From the NCBI RefSeq assembly GCF_006345805.1, contig NW_021832246.1:1-61815 (forward strand): 61,815 nt of DNA, in the 5' to 3' direction. A program made the translations under genes and the position numbers. The notes beneath the pieces are model-generated. The model saw only the letters and a list, made by a program, of their open reading frames with translations. It had not been told where the DNA came from and ran no database searches. Every line of letters starts with the position of its first letter. The first letter of the stretch is position 1. Of the stretch, positions 43,552-55,480 are shown in pieces. Origin of the DNA: Octopus sinensis. Lineage: Eukaryota.

Positions 43552-43952
43552 AGGCAGCAAGCTGGAAGAACCATTAGCACGCCGGGTGAAATGCATAGTA
43601 GTATTTCGTCTGCCGCTACGTTCTGAGTTCAAATTCCGCCGAAGTCGACTTTGACTTTCATCCTTTCTGGGTCGATTAAATAAGTACCAGTTACGCACCG
43701 GGGTCGATGTAATCGACTTAATCCGTTTATCTGGTCTTGTTTGTCCTCTCTGTGTTTAGCCCCTTGTGGGTAGTAAAGAAGTAGGTATTTCGTCTGTCTT
43801 TACGTTCTGAGTTGAAATTATACAGAGGTCGACTTTGCCTATCATCCTTTTGAGGTCGATTAGTTAAGTACCAGTTGCATGCTGGGGGTATTCTAATCGA
43901 CTGGCCTCCTATTCCCAAATTTCGGGCCTTGTGCTTATAGCAGAAAGAATTA
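43552..43952 (+). mobile_element. S2 SINE dimer (full unit + second unit with alternative tail)
   Basis: GTATTTCGTCTG...TACGTTCTGAGTT block occurs twice (about 43601 and 43785). Confidence 0.85.
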
Positions 43953-44520
43953 CGTAATATTAAAGTAAGATCTTTATCTTTGTGTTTTATCTATCGACGT
44001 ATCGAATTATTCTGGATCGCAGATGTTTTAATTATTTTTTTCTTAACTAAACAGTTTGAAATTTCGTATACTAGTGTACTTTCTCGCGCTGAATACGGTT
44101 TACTTTCAACATTTTTTTTAAAATTTCGTATTTTAGATGTTATTTCGTGTTAAATTTGTCGTATTTGGGTTATCTTAACGAATGAACGACGTGTATTCAG
44201 CTGAAGAAAGTTACTGCTGTAAGCAATAGTAATCGAAGGGCAATAACTTCCGGGTCATCTCTACTGAATGTCACCACTCTGTTCTATTTCATTTTTGTTT
44301 ACTACCTGTGTTGCATATTACACGCGTTGTTTGTTTTTATTTTGTTTTGCTTTATTTTCGTTGTTTTCCAAGGAGGTTATTTTCCCAAAAATGAAACCAT
44401 TGAAGGATAGCGATCTGCTGCAATGCCGGTTAAATATTCCTAGCATCCATTGGAGTTAAAATCACCAAATATTTTAATTACATTTCTTACCCTGAAAAAG
44501 CAAGAAAATAAATAATAATA

Positions 44521-44554
44521 GGCGTAGAAGTGGCTGTGTGGTAAGTAGCTTGCT
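44521..44554 (+). mobile_element. SINE S1 5' piece split by insertion
   Basis: GGCGTAGAAGTGGCTGTGTGGTAAGTAGCTTGCT; resumes at 46773. Confidence 0.9.
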
Positions 44555-46772
44555 AACACACATGCGCAGTTAGTCAGTTGCTTCCTGTTGAGCCAGAGTG
44601 GACGTGAGTAACCAGCTCCGTCCAATTATAGAAAAAAGACCAGAAACGGAAAGTTGTCGAGGTGATTGATTTTGTTTATTGTGAGTTGGGCATAATTTAT
44701 TACGTCCCAATTATTTCAGTAAGTTGTGTCCAACTCTGAGACAATTTCGCCTGCTCTCGGCGGCTGCCGTTTTTGTGTTTATTGAAAAAAAAGCAGTGGG
44801 GGGGGCGTATCCGTCTTCGATAAATTGAGTGAATATTTTTTTCACGTAATTGTGAGAATAGTATTGTGCTGTAAAGAACTTTTTGTGAAAACTGCTATAT
44901 AGGGGAGTATTTTGCCTCCGAAGTTTGAACAAGTTTTACCAATTTTACACCAATTTTTGTGGAAGTTGTGCGTTCCTGGTTCAATTTAGGCCGGGAGTAC
45001 CAAATGGCCAGAAGGTTTTTGCTGTGTTATTGACTTTCTTTTTAACTTTATTTGACTTTCTTTTTAACTTTACTTGACTCTCTCCTTTTTTCACTGTGAC
45101 TTTCTTCGGATTTCCTTTTCTTCTCGTTTTTTAGTTTTATTCTGAATACATTTAAACAAAAAAACAAAAAAAAAAACATGGCAACGAAAAATAACAAACT
45201 TTTGGAATGGGAGATCATACCGCCTAAAAAGTGGTTAAAAGACCGTGAAGATAGGACGGTGGTGTTGAGAACCTACTCCAAGGCACTCGACACCATCGCC
45301 CTATTCGAAAAGACGGCAATCGAAAAGGAGTTGGAAGAGTATTTGCCAACAATTAAATTCATTTCCAGGGGTGTCAAAAAGAGGAAGAAAAACGGGACAT
45401 TCCGGTGCTACACTGACAGCCGGTAATGTCCCGTTTTTCTTCCTCTTTTTCTTTTTTTTTCCCCTTTTCAACTGAGGGAGGGTGCGTCTCCTCCGTGGCT
45501 GGAAGATTCGCCTTCCTCTCCTCATCCCTATTATCCTTTGGTGAGCACCCATTGTTGCTCACCTTCCTCTTTCGGCCTCTGTTTGAGGAGTCCTCTGCTT
45601 TCTCGGCCGTTATCATTCCCTCTTCTAGAGGGGTTTTACTTAACTGTTCCGGGATCCTATTTTGTTCCCGGGGACAGTTCTTCTTTATGTGGCCGGACTC
45701 CAAGCACCGATGACACTTAGGGGGGCGACCCTCAAGCATCACCGGGTACCTGCACCCGGCCATTTTCAAAAAATCTGGAAGAACCAGATTGGCTGATTGG
45801 GTCCACAGGGTCAAAATTGCTTTTGACCCAACCCAAGCAGCCGCAGGAAGAACTTTTACATTAAGGAGCTTAGTTTCGCTGCCACCCAGACTCCGGTGGA
45901 TAGTCTCCGAAAGAGGAAGGTGAGCAACAATGGGTGCTCACCAAAGGATAATAGGGATGAGGAGAGGAAGGCGAATCTTCCAGCCACGGAGGAGACGCAC
46001 CCTCCCTCAGTTGAAAAGGGAAAAAAAAAGAAAAAGAGGAAGAAAAACGGGACATTGCCGGCTGTCAGTGTAGCACCGGAATGTCCCGGAACTACGTCGG
46101 TTGGGGTTGTGCCACCGACAAGAAAAGGAATACCGTTGGCGGGAACTGTGCCGCCAACGAAAGAACTGAACGTATTGGTCATCTTCTATAGAGGAGGAGA
46201 AATTGAAAAAATAATGGAAGAACACCACAAGGGAGCACCTTTAGCCTTCACACAGGACCCCGAATGGCCTCCGCAGGTAGCTGTGGAGGCCGTGGCGTTC
46301 GACGTGACGCTTGGGCTAAAGGAGCTCAATGAAGATTATAACTTGGTCCCGGGCGACGCTGACTCGGAACTTGATTACGTTCTGAGGGAGGCGTGGTTGA
46401 TGGTGGAGGGCGCGGGCACAAGCGATTTCGAGGACGATATGTAATTATTGAACTGTTATTATTAGTAATGGACTGCTAAGTCCAAAAATTGAAAAATTGT
46501 AAGAGGTTTAATACCTCGTTTTGTGTTTATTTTTACTAATAATGGACTGCTAAGTCCAAAAATTGGAAAAATTGTAAGAGGTTTAATACCTCGTTTTGTG
46601 TTTATCTTTAAAAAGAACAATGTTTTAGAGAAGCGAAAGTCGGCGGGCGCTTTTTGTCTTCTCCCATCCTTATCATCTTTCTTTCATTATCATTCACTTC
46701 ATTAATGTCCTCGTCCAGCCCGCAAAGCTAACTCAATCTGTGTACTGTCTTTATGGCAAATATTTTGAAATA
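44555..46772 (+). mobile_element. ORF1-only non-LTR retroelement, copy 2 (internally inverted/duplicated)
   Basis: TSD AAGTAGCTTGCT at 44543-44554 and 46773-46784; ORF1 ATG at 45178; segment ~45393-45908 is inverted; AATAAA at 46769-46774. Confidence 0.9.
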
Positions 46773-46899
46773 AAGTAGCTTGCTTGCGAACAACATGATT
46801 CCGGGTCCATTCCCACTTCATAGCCCCTTGGGCAAGTGTCTTCTACTATAGCCTCGGGCTGACCAAAGCTTTGTGAGTGGATTTGTTAGATGGAAACTA

Positions 46900-46951
<52 letters not shown>

Positions 46952-47215
46952 GTGTGTGTGTTTGTGTGTGTGCGTGTTTGTGTGTGTGTGTGAATATGTA
47001 TGTCTGTGTGCCTGTGTTTGTCCCCCCAGCATCGCTTGACAATCGATGCTGGTGTAATTTCTCATGCTGAACACGGTATTATTTGCGGTTCAGCAAAAGT
47101 GACGGATAGAATAAGTACTAGGCTTACAAAAAATAAGTCCTGGGTTCGATTTACTCGAATAAAGGCGATGCTTCAGCATGGCCACAGTCAAATGACTGAA
47201 ACACGTAAAAGAGTA
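46773..47215 (+). mobile_element. SINE S1 3' piece
   Basis: Continuation of 44521-44554 with internal TA/TG microsatellite and tail. Confidence 0.9.
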
Positions 47216-47499
47216 AAAATAAATAAAAGCGTGTAATATGAAACACAGGCAGTAAGCAAAAACAAAATAAAACAGAATGATGACATTTAGTTCAGATGAC
47301 CAGGAATTTGTTGCAGTAACTTTCTTCAGCTGAATACACATCGTTGATTGGTTAAAATTAATCAAATACAAGAATTTAAACACGAAATAATACCGTGTTC
47401 AGCATGAGAAATTACACTAGTATACGAAGTTTCAAACTGTTTACTTAAGAAAATATATTTAAAACTCTTTAGGGACAAAGATTTCTTGTTAAATGCAGC

Positions 47500-47914
47500 A
47501 GAATGTAAAGACAGACGAAATACCTATTTCTTTACAACCCACAAGGGGCTAAACATAGAGGGGACAAACAAGGACAGACAGACGGATTAAGTCGATTATA
47601 TCGACCCCAGTGCGTAACTGGTACTTAATTTATTGACCCCGAAATGATGAAAGGCAAAGTCGAGCTCGGCGGAATTTGAACTCAGAACGTAGCGGCAGAC
47701 GAAGTACCGATATGCACTTAGCCCGGCGTGCTAACATTCTAACCAGCTCGCAGCCTTGATGATGCTAACAATATTCTTTTCTAGTCTAGGCGCAAGGCCC
47801 GAAATTTTTATGGGAGGGAACCAGTCGATTAGATCGACCCCAGTATGCAACTGGTATTTAATTTATTGATCTCGAAGAATAAAAGGCATAGTCGACTTCG
47901 GCGGCATTTGAACT
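47500..47914 (-). mobile_element. Two S2 SINE units
   Basis: Reverse complements of the 43552-43952 units. Confidence 0.85.
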
Positions 47915-48500
47915 CCATACGCTTTTGGAATTTTTCATGAAAATTCTAACAGCGTTAACTTCAAGAGAATTAGACGAAAGTGAGTTCTCTTTATCGAATA
48001 GTGTCAACTCGCAGACTATTCACATAAATTCTTGCGTATATAAGATGTCAGTGACCGATGATTGCTATAGTACACTGAATAATGTAGCAGGTGGTGCGGA
48101 AATTTTTCTAAAACTGCATCCCAGAATTCATTAGAATTGAAACACATCAATCCAGTGTAGCGAATTCTAAGCAATTGTCCCATCGACTGAACAAAACAAC
48201 ATCAGCAGCAACAGACAGTTTTCTGTTAAATCAATCTCTATTGTCTCAAAATAAAGGAAAACATTTTGAAATAATTGTTGAATTACTCTTTAAGAAAAAG
48301 ACAATATAGTCATCATTCTGTTTTTATTTTTTGTTTCATTAGAAGATAGAAACTCAACGTGAAGACAAAACTGTTGCTACAAACAAAGAACTCAATATTC
48401 TCGATACACTAGGATGTAACTCTAAATATTCAATTTTCATGTAAAATTCTCTCGAAGTTAACGCTTTAGAATTTTCATGAGAAATTCTAAAAGCGTATGG
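47915..48500. mobile_element. MITE with ~56-bp terminal inverted repeats
   Basis: CCATACGCTTTTGGAATTTTTCATGAAAATTCTA..AGCGTTAACTTC.AGAGAATT and its reverse complement ending at 48500; TSD not evident. Confidence 0.75.
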
Positions 48501-48878
48501 TGCAATAAATATCCCACCGATTCAATACTGCAGTTTATAGATCAACTGGACAAGAGAAATCCTGGGGCTAAACACTACGAACAACTGCAAGTACCTCTGG
48601 GTAAACACATCATGAATTTGGACCCAAATAATGCATCTGAGATAATAACTTTGACACGTTTCGGCGATACGCTTCGGCCAAAGAGTGGCCCAAGCCATTT
48701 CTAACTTAACAGCACCACCTTTAAAATTGTGTTCAACGTTATATTTTTGATGCATTTACATGCATATAAGCATGTATATATACATATATATGTAAGTATG
48801 TACGTATATGTTTGTATATATTCATGCATTTATATATTATTTATATCATTATATGATCGAACGCAACGTATCCTTTTC

Positions 48879-48917
<39 letters not shown>

Positions 48918-48934
48918 ACCTACATAATCTATAT

Positions 48935-49045
48935 CACCGTGATCACTGTGACAGATCAGGCTATCAGATGTTGCTACACATCGCTGGTCACAATACGCTT
49001 CGCATTGTTTTAGCCTTCAAATGACGCCAACCTGCTGGCTAAGCG
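48935..49045 (-). mobile_element. SINE S3 tail Y fragment
   Basis: Matches 38945-39065. Confidence 0.8.
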
Positions 49046-49064
49046 AGCAGGCCAGCAGAAGAAA

Positions 49065-49111
<47 letters not shown>

Positions 49112-49324
49112 GATATATATATATATATATATGTGTGTGTGGTGTGTGTGTGTGTACAAACAAACACACACACATTCACACGACCACATGCTGGAACCTT
49201 GACTTTTCTTCGTTCCTAAGAGACGTTGTTTCCCGAAATTTTCATAAACTGAAACAATTTTCCCCACAGGAAATTCAAGAGAAGGTACGACAAATTCGAG
49301 CAGGGATGTGTACTGAGCGAAAGT

Positions 49325-49428
49325 GAGGCACCAACTGACGCCTATGTGCTGATACTCGCAGTGGGACTGAACCTGGAACCACGTAAGTGAGAAGCAATCT
49401 TTTTATCATAGAGCCACGCCTGCGCCTG
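49325..49428 (-). mobile_element. S1 SINE head (diverged, empty site)
   Basis: CGCAGTGGGACTGAACC...AGCCACGCCTGCGCC. Confidence 0.75.
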
Positions 49429-50355
49429 TAGCCATGCTTATATTTTTAAAAAACTATAGATAAGAGGATTTTTGAAATGCTTAAACTTTCATATGGATAT
49501 TTTAAAGCCTTAAATTATGTTTATTTAAAAACTTCAGCAGCACCTAGGTATTTCCCGTTGAGCAAACACTACAGTAGATTGTAATGACGAGATATTTATG
49601 GGCGATTTGACTGTTATTTCTAATAGAGTCAATGACCGTATAGCGATTGTACCCCACTTTTTAAAACAGTAGGATAAAGTGTTCACCATTAACTACTGAG
49701 ATACCATTTCCTGTCTGACAGAGTCATTAAACACATTTATTTTATCTCCCAACTAAACCATCGTGTCTCTGTTTAGTTGCACAATTTTCCAAACAAATGG
49801 TTGGAAAATTTCTTCTGAAGAATACAATTATTACTCAACTAACTCCAAACATTTCTAGTTCATCCTCTGACTAGATTCCACCCTCCCCACAAACCGCTAT
49901 CCATATCTCTTCATTCCGTTCCAACATAGAGGCGTATTGCACCAACAGGAAGCAGACGGAATGCTTCTTTTAGAGGAAGTTGCTTCATACAAAGAGATGT
50001 TTGGATGGAAACAACACCCTTTTACGTTGCCAAAACCAAAATTCTTTTACATTTGATTAGATAATTGTCTTCTTATTTTTGGCTTTTGTTATTGTTTTGG
50101 TTATTGTTGTTGTTGTTGCTGTTGTTGTTGTTGTTGTTCTTCTTCTTCTTCTTCTTCTTCTTCTTCTTCTTCTTCTTCTTCTTCTTCTTTTTCTTCTTTA
50201 TCGCCTGTTCTTTTCTCTTTCCTTTCTTTATTCTATCTTTCCGTTTTGCTAATTAGAAAATGGAAATATAACCGAATTTCAAACACTGACGTCAAAGTAT
50301 AAGACTACAAACATGGTATCTATATATCTATCTATATATCTATCAAACATGGTAC

Positions 50356-50439
<84 letters not shown>

Positions 50440-51351
50440 TATCTATATATATATATATATATTATATATATATATATATATTATATATATACGTATAATA
50501 TATATATATATATATATATAAAATATATATACCCTTCATATATGCAAAATATATGAACGTGTAAGTGTGTGTGTATATATACGCACGCACACTCATACAC
50601 ACACATAACGAAATCAGAGAGAGTGTATATGGAAAAGTAGTGAATAAATTCACATGTGAACAGTTGATAAACACTTAGCCTCACCGTGGTCGCACGATTC
50701 TTGTGAGGGAACCACTTTGCACACGCCGCAAGGCAAACCCATGAACGGTTTCGTAAGTAGCAGGATGTTTTACCTGTTTACCAAGAATGCTTCTCTCGTG
50801 TTTGTCCTACAAAGAAAGGAAGTATCTTGGTGAAGCTTATAAAGAATACTATGAGTTATAGTTAGAGATCTGACTCGTTTCTTTATCAGTATATTAATTG
50901 TCTGCATGTAAAAAGTATAATAATTGGAATCCCGCAGCGACGTCTGTGTACGAATCAACTGTGAAAAAGTTTGCTTTTAACCTCGTTGTCTAATTAAGCC
51001 CTGTGATGAAACCACGAGACTCTCTCGTTCACTTTTTCTGGAACGAAGCCGAGAGCAGCTCCATTGCCATAGATTGGCAGTGGTCTTTTTTATCAAAAGT
51101 GTTGACTTATTATATATTATATACCCTGCTAGCGAATGTACTGCTATGCAGGTAACTTAATATAGCGCTTGTTACTGAATACAACATTTACACGTAGCTC
51201 GCAGCGACCTATTTGGTCTATTTGTAACACTAACAAATAAAGATGTTCACGTTATGATTGTAATAATCAGTCGAAACTCGTCGAGATGTTCTCGAATCTG
51301 TCATTTTCTGAAGTAACAACATAATTTATTTACATAGTAAGTCTCCATATA

Positions 51352-51520
51352 TATTTCTTTACTACCCACAAGGGGCCAAACAAGGACAGACAAACGGATT
51401 AAGTCGATTACATCGACCCCAGTGCGTAACTGGTACTTAATTTATCGACCCCGAAAGGATGAAAGGCAAAGTCAACCTCGGCGAAATTTGAACTCACAAC
51501 GTAACGGCAAACGAAATATC
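51352..51520 (-). mobile_element. S2 SINE (5'-truncated)
   Basis: Near-identical to blocks in 12043-12200. Confidence 0.85.
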
Positions 51521-51729
51521 TGCAAGTGGTTCACATGTGATCTTAATGTGTAATGTGTGCAAACTTAAAGAGAGTCCTTACTCGGAAGTATCGATTATAA
51601 CTTGGTAACAAGGACCATGCTCACGCTAGTTGGTATAGGGGCCTATGTAATCGTAAGATGTCATAGACAAAGACTCAGCTTTCCCATTCTTGATCCAGTG
51701 AGATATAAAGGATATGACTACTGTAAATC

Positions 51730-52025
51730 TTTCGGTTATGACGACAAGCGCACCAGTTGATCCGATCAACGGAACATCTTGCTAAGTGGCTGAGCATTCC
51801 ACAGATATGTTTTCCCTTAACGTAGCTCTCAGGGAGATTCAGCGTGATACAGAATACGACAAGGCTGACCCTTGAATTTCAAGTACAACTCATTTTTGCC
51901 AGATGAGTGGATTGAAGCAGCGTGAAATAAAATATCTTGTTCGAGAGACAAAATGTACCGTCGGGAATCGAACCGACGACATTACGATCGTGAACCAAAC
52001 ACGCTTACCACTAAGCCATTCGCCT
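51730..52025 (-). mobile_element. tRNA-derived SINE (head B + tail X)
   Basis: Minus-strand TGGCTTAGTGG A-box and GGTTCGATTCC B-box; tail matches ~15700-15870. Confidence 0.8.
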
Positions 52026-52320
52026 TCACTCAAGTATAAGACAACACAGAAGGAGCGAGCTGTGTCATCACGTGTTTTGGCTGAAGTAACTTAAACTGAA
52101 TTATTTTGGTCAAAATTGCTTAATTTTACGATGTTCGTTTTTGTGTGAATATGTAACAAATTGCAAACACAGAAAAACACACATGCCTGCATATACACAC
52201 AGTACAGTTTGGTAATCGGCGTTGGTTTGTTTACGTCACCCCGCAATTTAGCTGTTCAGTGAAAAGTAAAAGATTTGAATATGTACCAGAAGTGACCCAT
52301 TTAGGGTGTTTTCACAGCAT

Positions 52321-52357
<37 letters not shown>

Positions 52358-52431
52358 ACACACATATGTATACATATATATATATATGAAGATATATATG
52401 TATATATATATGTGTATATATTTATATATAT

Positions 52432-52501
<70 letters not shown>

Positions 52502-52641
52502 TATATATTCTGACATGTATATATACATACAATGGGTTTGCCTTACATGTATAGAAGCACATATACATACATATAAATAAATATATATATACGCATGTAT
52601 GAACCTATCTGTCGAGATGTGTTTGTGTGTGTCTGATTGTG

Positions 52642-52692
<51 letters not shown>

Positions 52693-52883
52693 CGGAGAAA
52701 AAGTAGCAGAGAGGGGGAAAAAGTGAAAGAGAGACGGAGAGAAAATAACAGAGAGGGAGAAAGGATGAGAGAGAGAGAGAGACCACTGAGTGAAAGGAGA
52801 GACAGAGGTAGATGTATAGGCATGTATTTGAATGTACGGTAGTATTTCATCACCGCAACATCCCATCAGCACTACAGCATCCT

Positions 52884-53117
52884 CCACCACCACCACCACC
52901 ACCACCACCACCACCACCACCACCACCACCACCATCACCACCACCACCACCAACTCCACCACCACCACCACCACCACCACCACCACCACCACCACCATCA
53001 TCACCACCACCACCACCACCGCCACCACCGCCACCGCCACCGACACCACCACCACCACCACCGCCGCCGCCGCCACCACCACCACCGCCGACGCCGCCGC
53101 CCCACCACCACCACCAC
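52884..53117. repeat. (CCA/CCG)n tract
   Basis: Direct reading; gives poly-P, poly-T and poly-G pseudo-ORFs. Confidence 0.95.
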
Positions 53118-53810
53118 GGCAACTGCTATTCCTTACAGTTTAAACACCCACACCACCAGTACGAACAGTATACCAACATATTGCAATAAAATGCCATACC
53201 AACAGCACACTACAGTGGAACCACCACGAATACCATTTACTGCGACGACGCCAACACGAAGACAAATTTGACCAGCAAAAACACAGCCACCACCACCACA
53301 ATCGCCACCACTACAAGATTATTGCGTCCGTCCTCCTTCCTGCACGCCACTCTCACACCATCACATGGCACTAGTAAACTTCTTCACACATAATCTGACT
53401 ATTAGGAATGTGGTTTTAAACATAAATAATAAAAAGAACAAAGAAAAACACGATAGAAACACGTAGAAAAACAGAAACACGCTAAAAACACCGCAATAAA
53501 ACGTTAATAAAACGTTACATACGGACAAACGAATAGAGGCTAAACGAAAATAAAACATCGAATGTTGATGGATGCAATTTCCGTTCAAAGATTAAAATGT
53601 TTCATTTATCGCTTTCTCTCTTTCCCGTACTTTGTTGTCTCTCATCATTTCTCCTTTATTTATTTGTTTGTTTAGCTTGTAATCACAGTTTGTTATTTTT
53701 CTTGTCCATTAATTATATATTTTATTAATTTGTTTTTAAGGCGGTTTTGATTTTCTTTATTTTCTTTTCTGTGTTTTCGTTTTTTGTTTTTAATTCAGCG
53801 TTTGTTATAT

Positions 53811-53850
<40 letters not shown>

Positions 53851-53906
53851 AAAAAATTTTATTCTTTGTGTTGTCTGTATCTCTGTTTGTTCTTAATTAA
53901 CACAGT

Positions 53907-54065
53907 CTACTTGTTGCAAGATACAGGCTGCAATAGAAAAGGGTTGGAAGCTGGCTGTGGTACGTGGTACAGATTCGTCAAAGGTTGTCGACGTCGTCGT
54001 TGTGTTGGGTAAGGTGGAGATGGTGAGCGTGGATGGTGGGTGGGTGGTGGGAGGTAGCCGTTCAT
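53907..54065 (-). CDS. Candidate 52-aa small ORF (MNGYLPPPTHHPRSPSPPYPTQRRRRQPLTNLYHVPQPASNPFLLQPVSCNK)
   Basis: ATG in GCAACATGA context, in-frame stop upstream, non-repetitive GC-richer island, AATAAA ~45 nt after the stop; no homology recognised. Confidence 0.3.
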   Translation of the reverse strand: MNGYLPPPTHHPRSPSPPYPTQRRRRQPLTNLYHVPQPASNPFLLQPVSCNK

Positions 54066-54249
54066 GTTGCTGATGTATTATTTCGTTTCCTCCTTTGGTG
54101 GATTTTTATCGGTTAAGCATGTCCGTGTGCAGATTGTTATATAATAATAATAATAATAATAATAATGATAATAATAATAATAATATGATAATAATAATGA
54201 TAATAATAAATGATGATGATGATGATAATGATGATGATGATGATGATGA

Positions 54250-54287
<38 letters not shown>

Positions 54288-54319
54288 ATAATAATAATAA
54301 TAATAATAACCATAATAAT

Positions 54320-54350
<31 letters not shown>

Positions 54351-54419
54351 TAATAATAATATTAATAATAATAATAATATAATAATAATAATAATAATAA
54401 TAATGTATGTGTGTGTATA

Positions 54420-54790
54420 TGTTTGAGTGTCTGTGTTTGTCCCACCAACATCGCTTGCTGGTGTGTTCACGTCCCCGTAACTTAGCGATTCGGCACAAGA
54501 GACCGATAGAATAAGTACTTGGCTTGAAAAAGAATAAGTCCCGGGGTCGATTTACTCGACTAAAGGCGGTGCTCCAGTATGACCGCAGTCAAAATGACTG
54601 AAACAAGTAAAAGAGTGAAAGAGTAAAAGAGAGTCGTTAGCACACCGGGCAAAATTCTTTGCGGTATTTCGCCGCGCTCGACTTTCACGACCAACCTTTC
54701 GGGTTCGATAAATAAAGTACTAGTTGTGTACTGGATTCGATTGGATCCTTTCCCCAAAATTTCAACCTTTGTGTCTATAATAGAAAGGAT
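54420..54790 (+). mobile_element. S1 tail followed by diverged S2 unit
   Basis: Family-diagnostic blocks as above. Confidence 0.8.
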
Positions 54791-54814
54791 TATTGTTATT
54801 ATCATTTTAATTAT

Positions 54815-55005
54815 TTTATTGTCTTTGCACAGATGCTAATGCTGGGGATGTACTACTGTGTTAGCTGTTGTACACCAGTAAACTAAGGAAACACCCCTTA
54901 TTTTTCGAGCACCATCCGGAGTATTCGAGCAATTCCAAGCAGTGCTGTTTTCTGCAAGTGCTCCACCCTTATTGTAGCACCTATCTGTTCCATGTACTTC
55001 TCGAG
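54815..55005 (-). mobile_element. Dong/R4-type 3' stub adjacent to (TTA)n
   Basis: EQIGATIRVEHLQKTALLGIARILRMVLEK*. Confidence 0.8.
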
Positions 55006-55049
55006 ATTATTATTATTATCATTATTATTATATTATTATTATATTATTA

Positions 55050-55091
<42 letters not shown>

Positions 55092-55248
55092 AATGTTGTT
55101 GTTGTGCTCGTAAGATTGCCAGATGTCTTTGTGTATCTTTTATTTAGGGAGCTGAGCTCATTGGGTATTTCCCTTAGTTTGATATGAGTAATTTACAAGT
55201 TTATGAAATTGTATAGTAGAGACATATTGCAAAAAACAATGGTTCCTT

Positions 55249-55480
55249 TGTGATAGGTTATATATCCCGAAACGGAGTTAGTACTAATATTTTAAAGTCG
55301 CAGATAACGTGAAAATGCAGGCATAGGAATAAAGCTATTCAATCTAACGGGGTTAGTTTCTGAAAAGACAACAGGGACAGAAATATGCCCGACGTGTGAT
55401 AGGGTATATATCACAAAACAGGGTCAGTGTCTAATATTTTAAGGTCGGAGATAAAGTAAAAATGCAGGCCTAGGAATAAA
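55249..55480. repeat. Diverged tandem duplication, period 146 bp
   Basis: TGTGATAGG.TATATATC...CTAATATTTTAA.GTCG.AGATAA.GT.AAAATGCAGGC.TAGGAATAAA at 55249 and 55395. Confidence 0.8.

Larger units (their letters stand above)
44025..47465. mobile_element. Long-TIR MITE/foldback element hosting nested insertions
   Basis: 44025-44345 is a diverged reverse complement of 47215-47465 (e.g. TGTATTCAGCTGAAGAAAGTTACTGC / GCAGTAACTTTCTTCAGCTGAATACA). Confidence 0.85.

Noticed and set aside
52812-53189. Poly-proline (formin/extensin-like) ORF
   Set aside because: Pure CCA repeat with no flanking domain.
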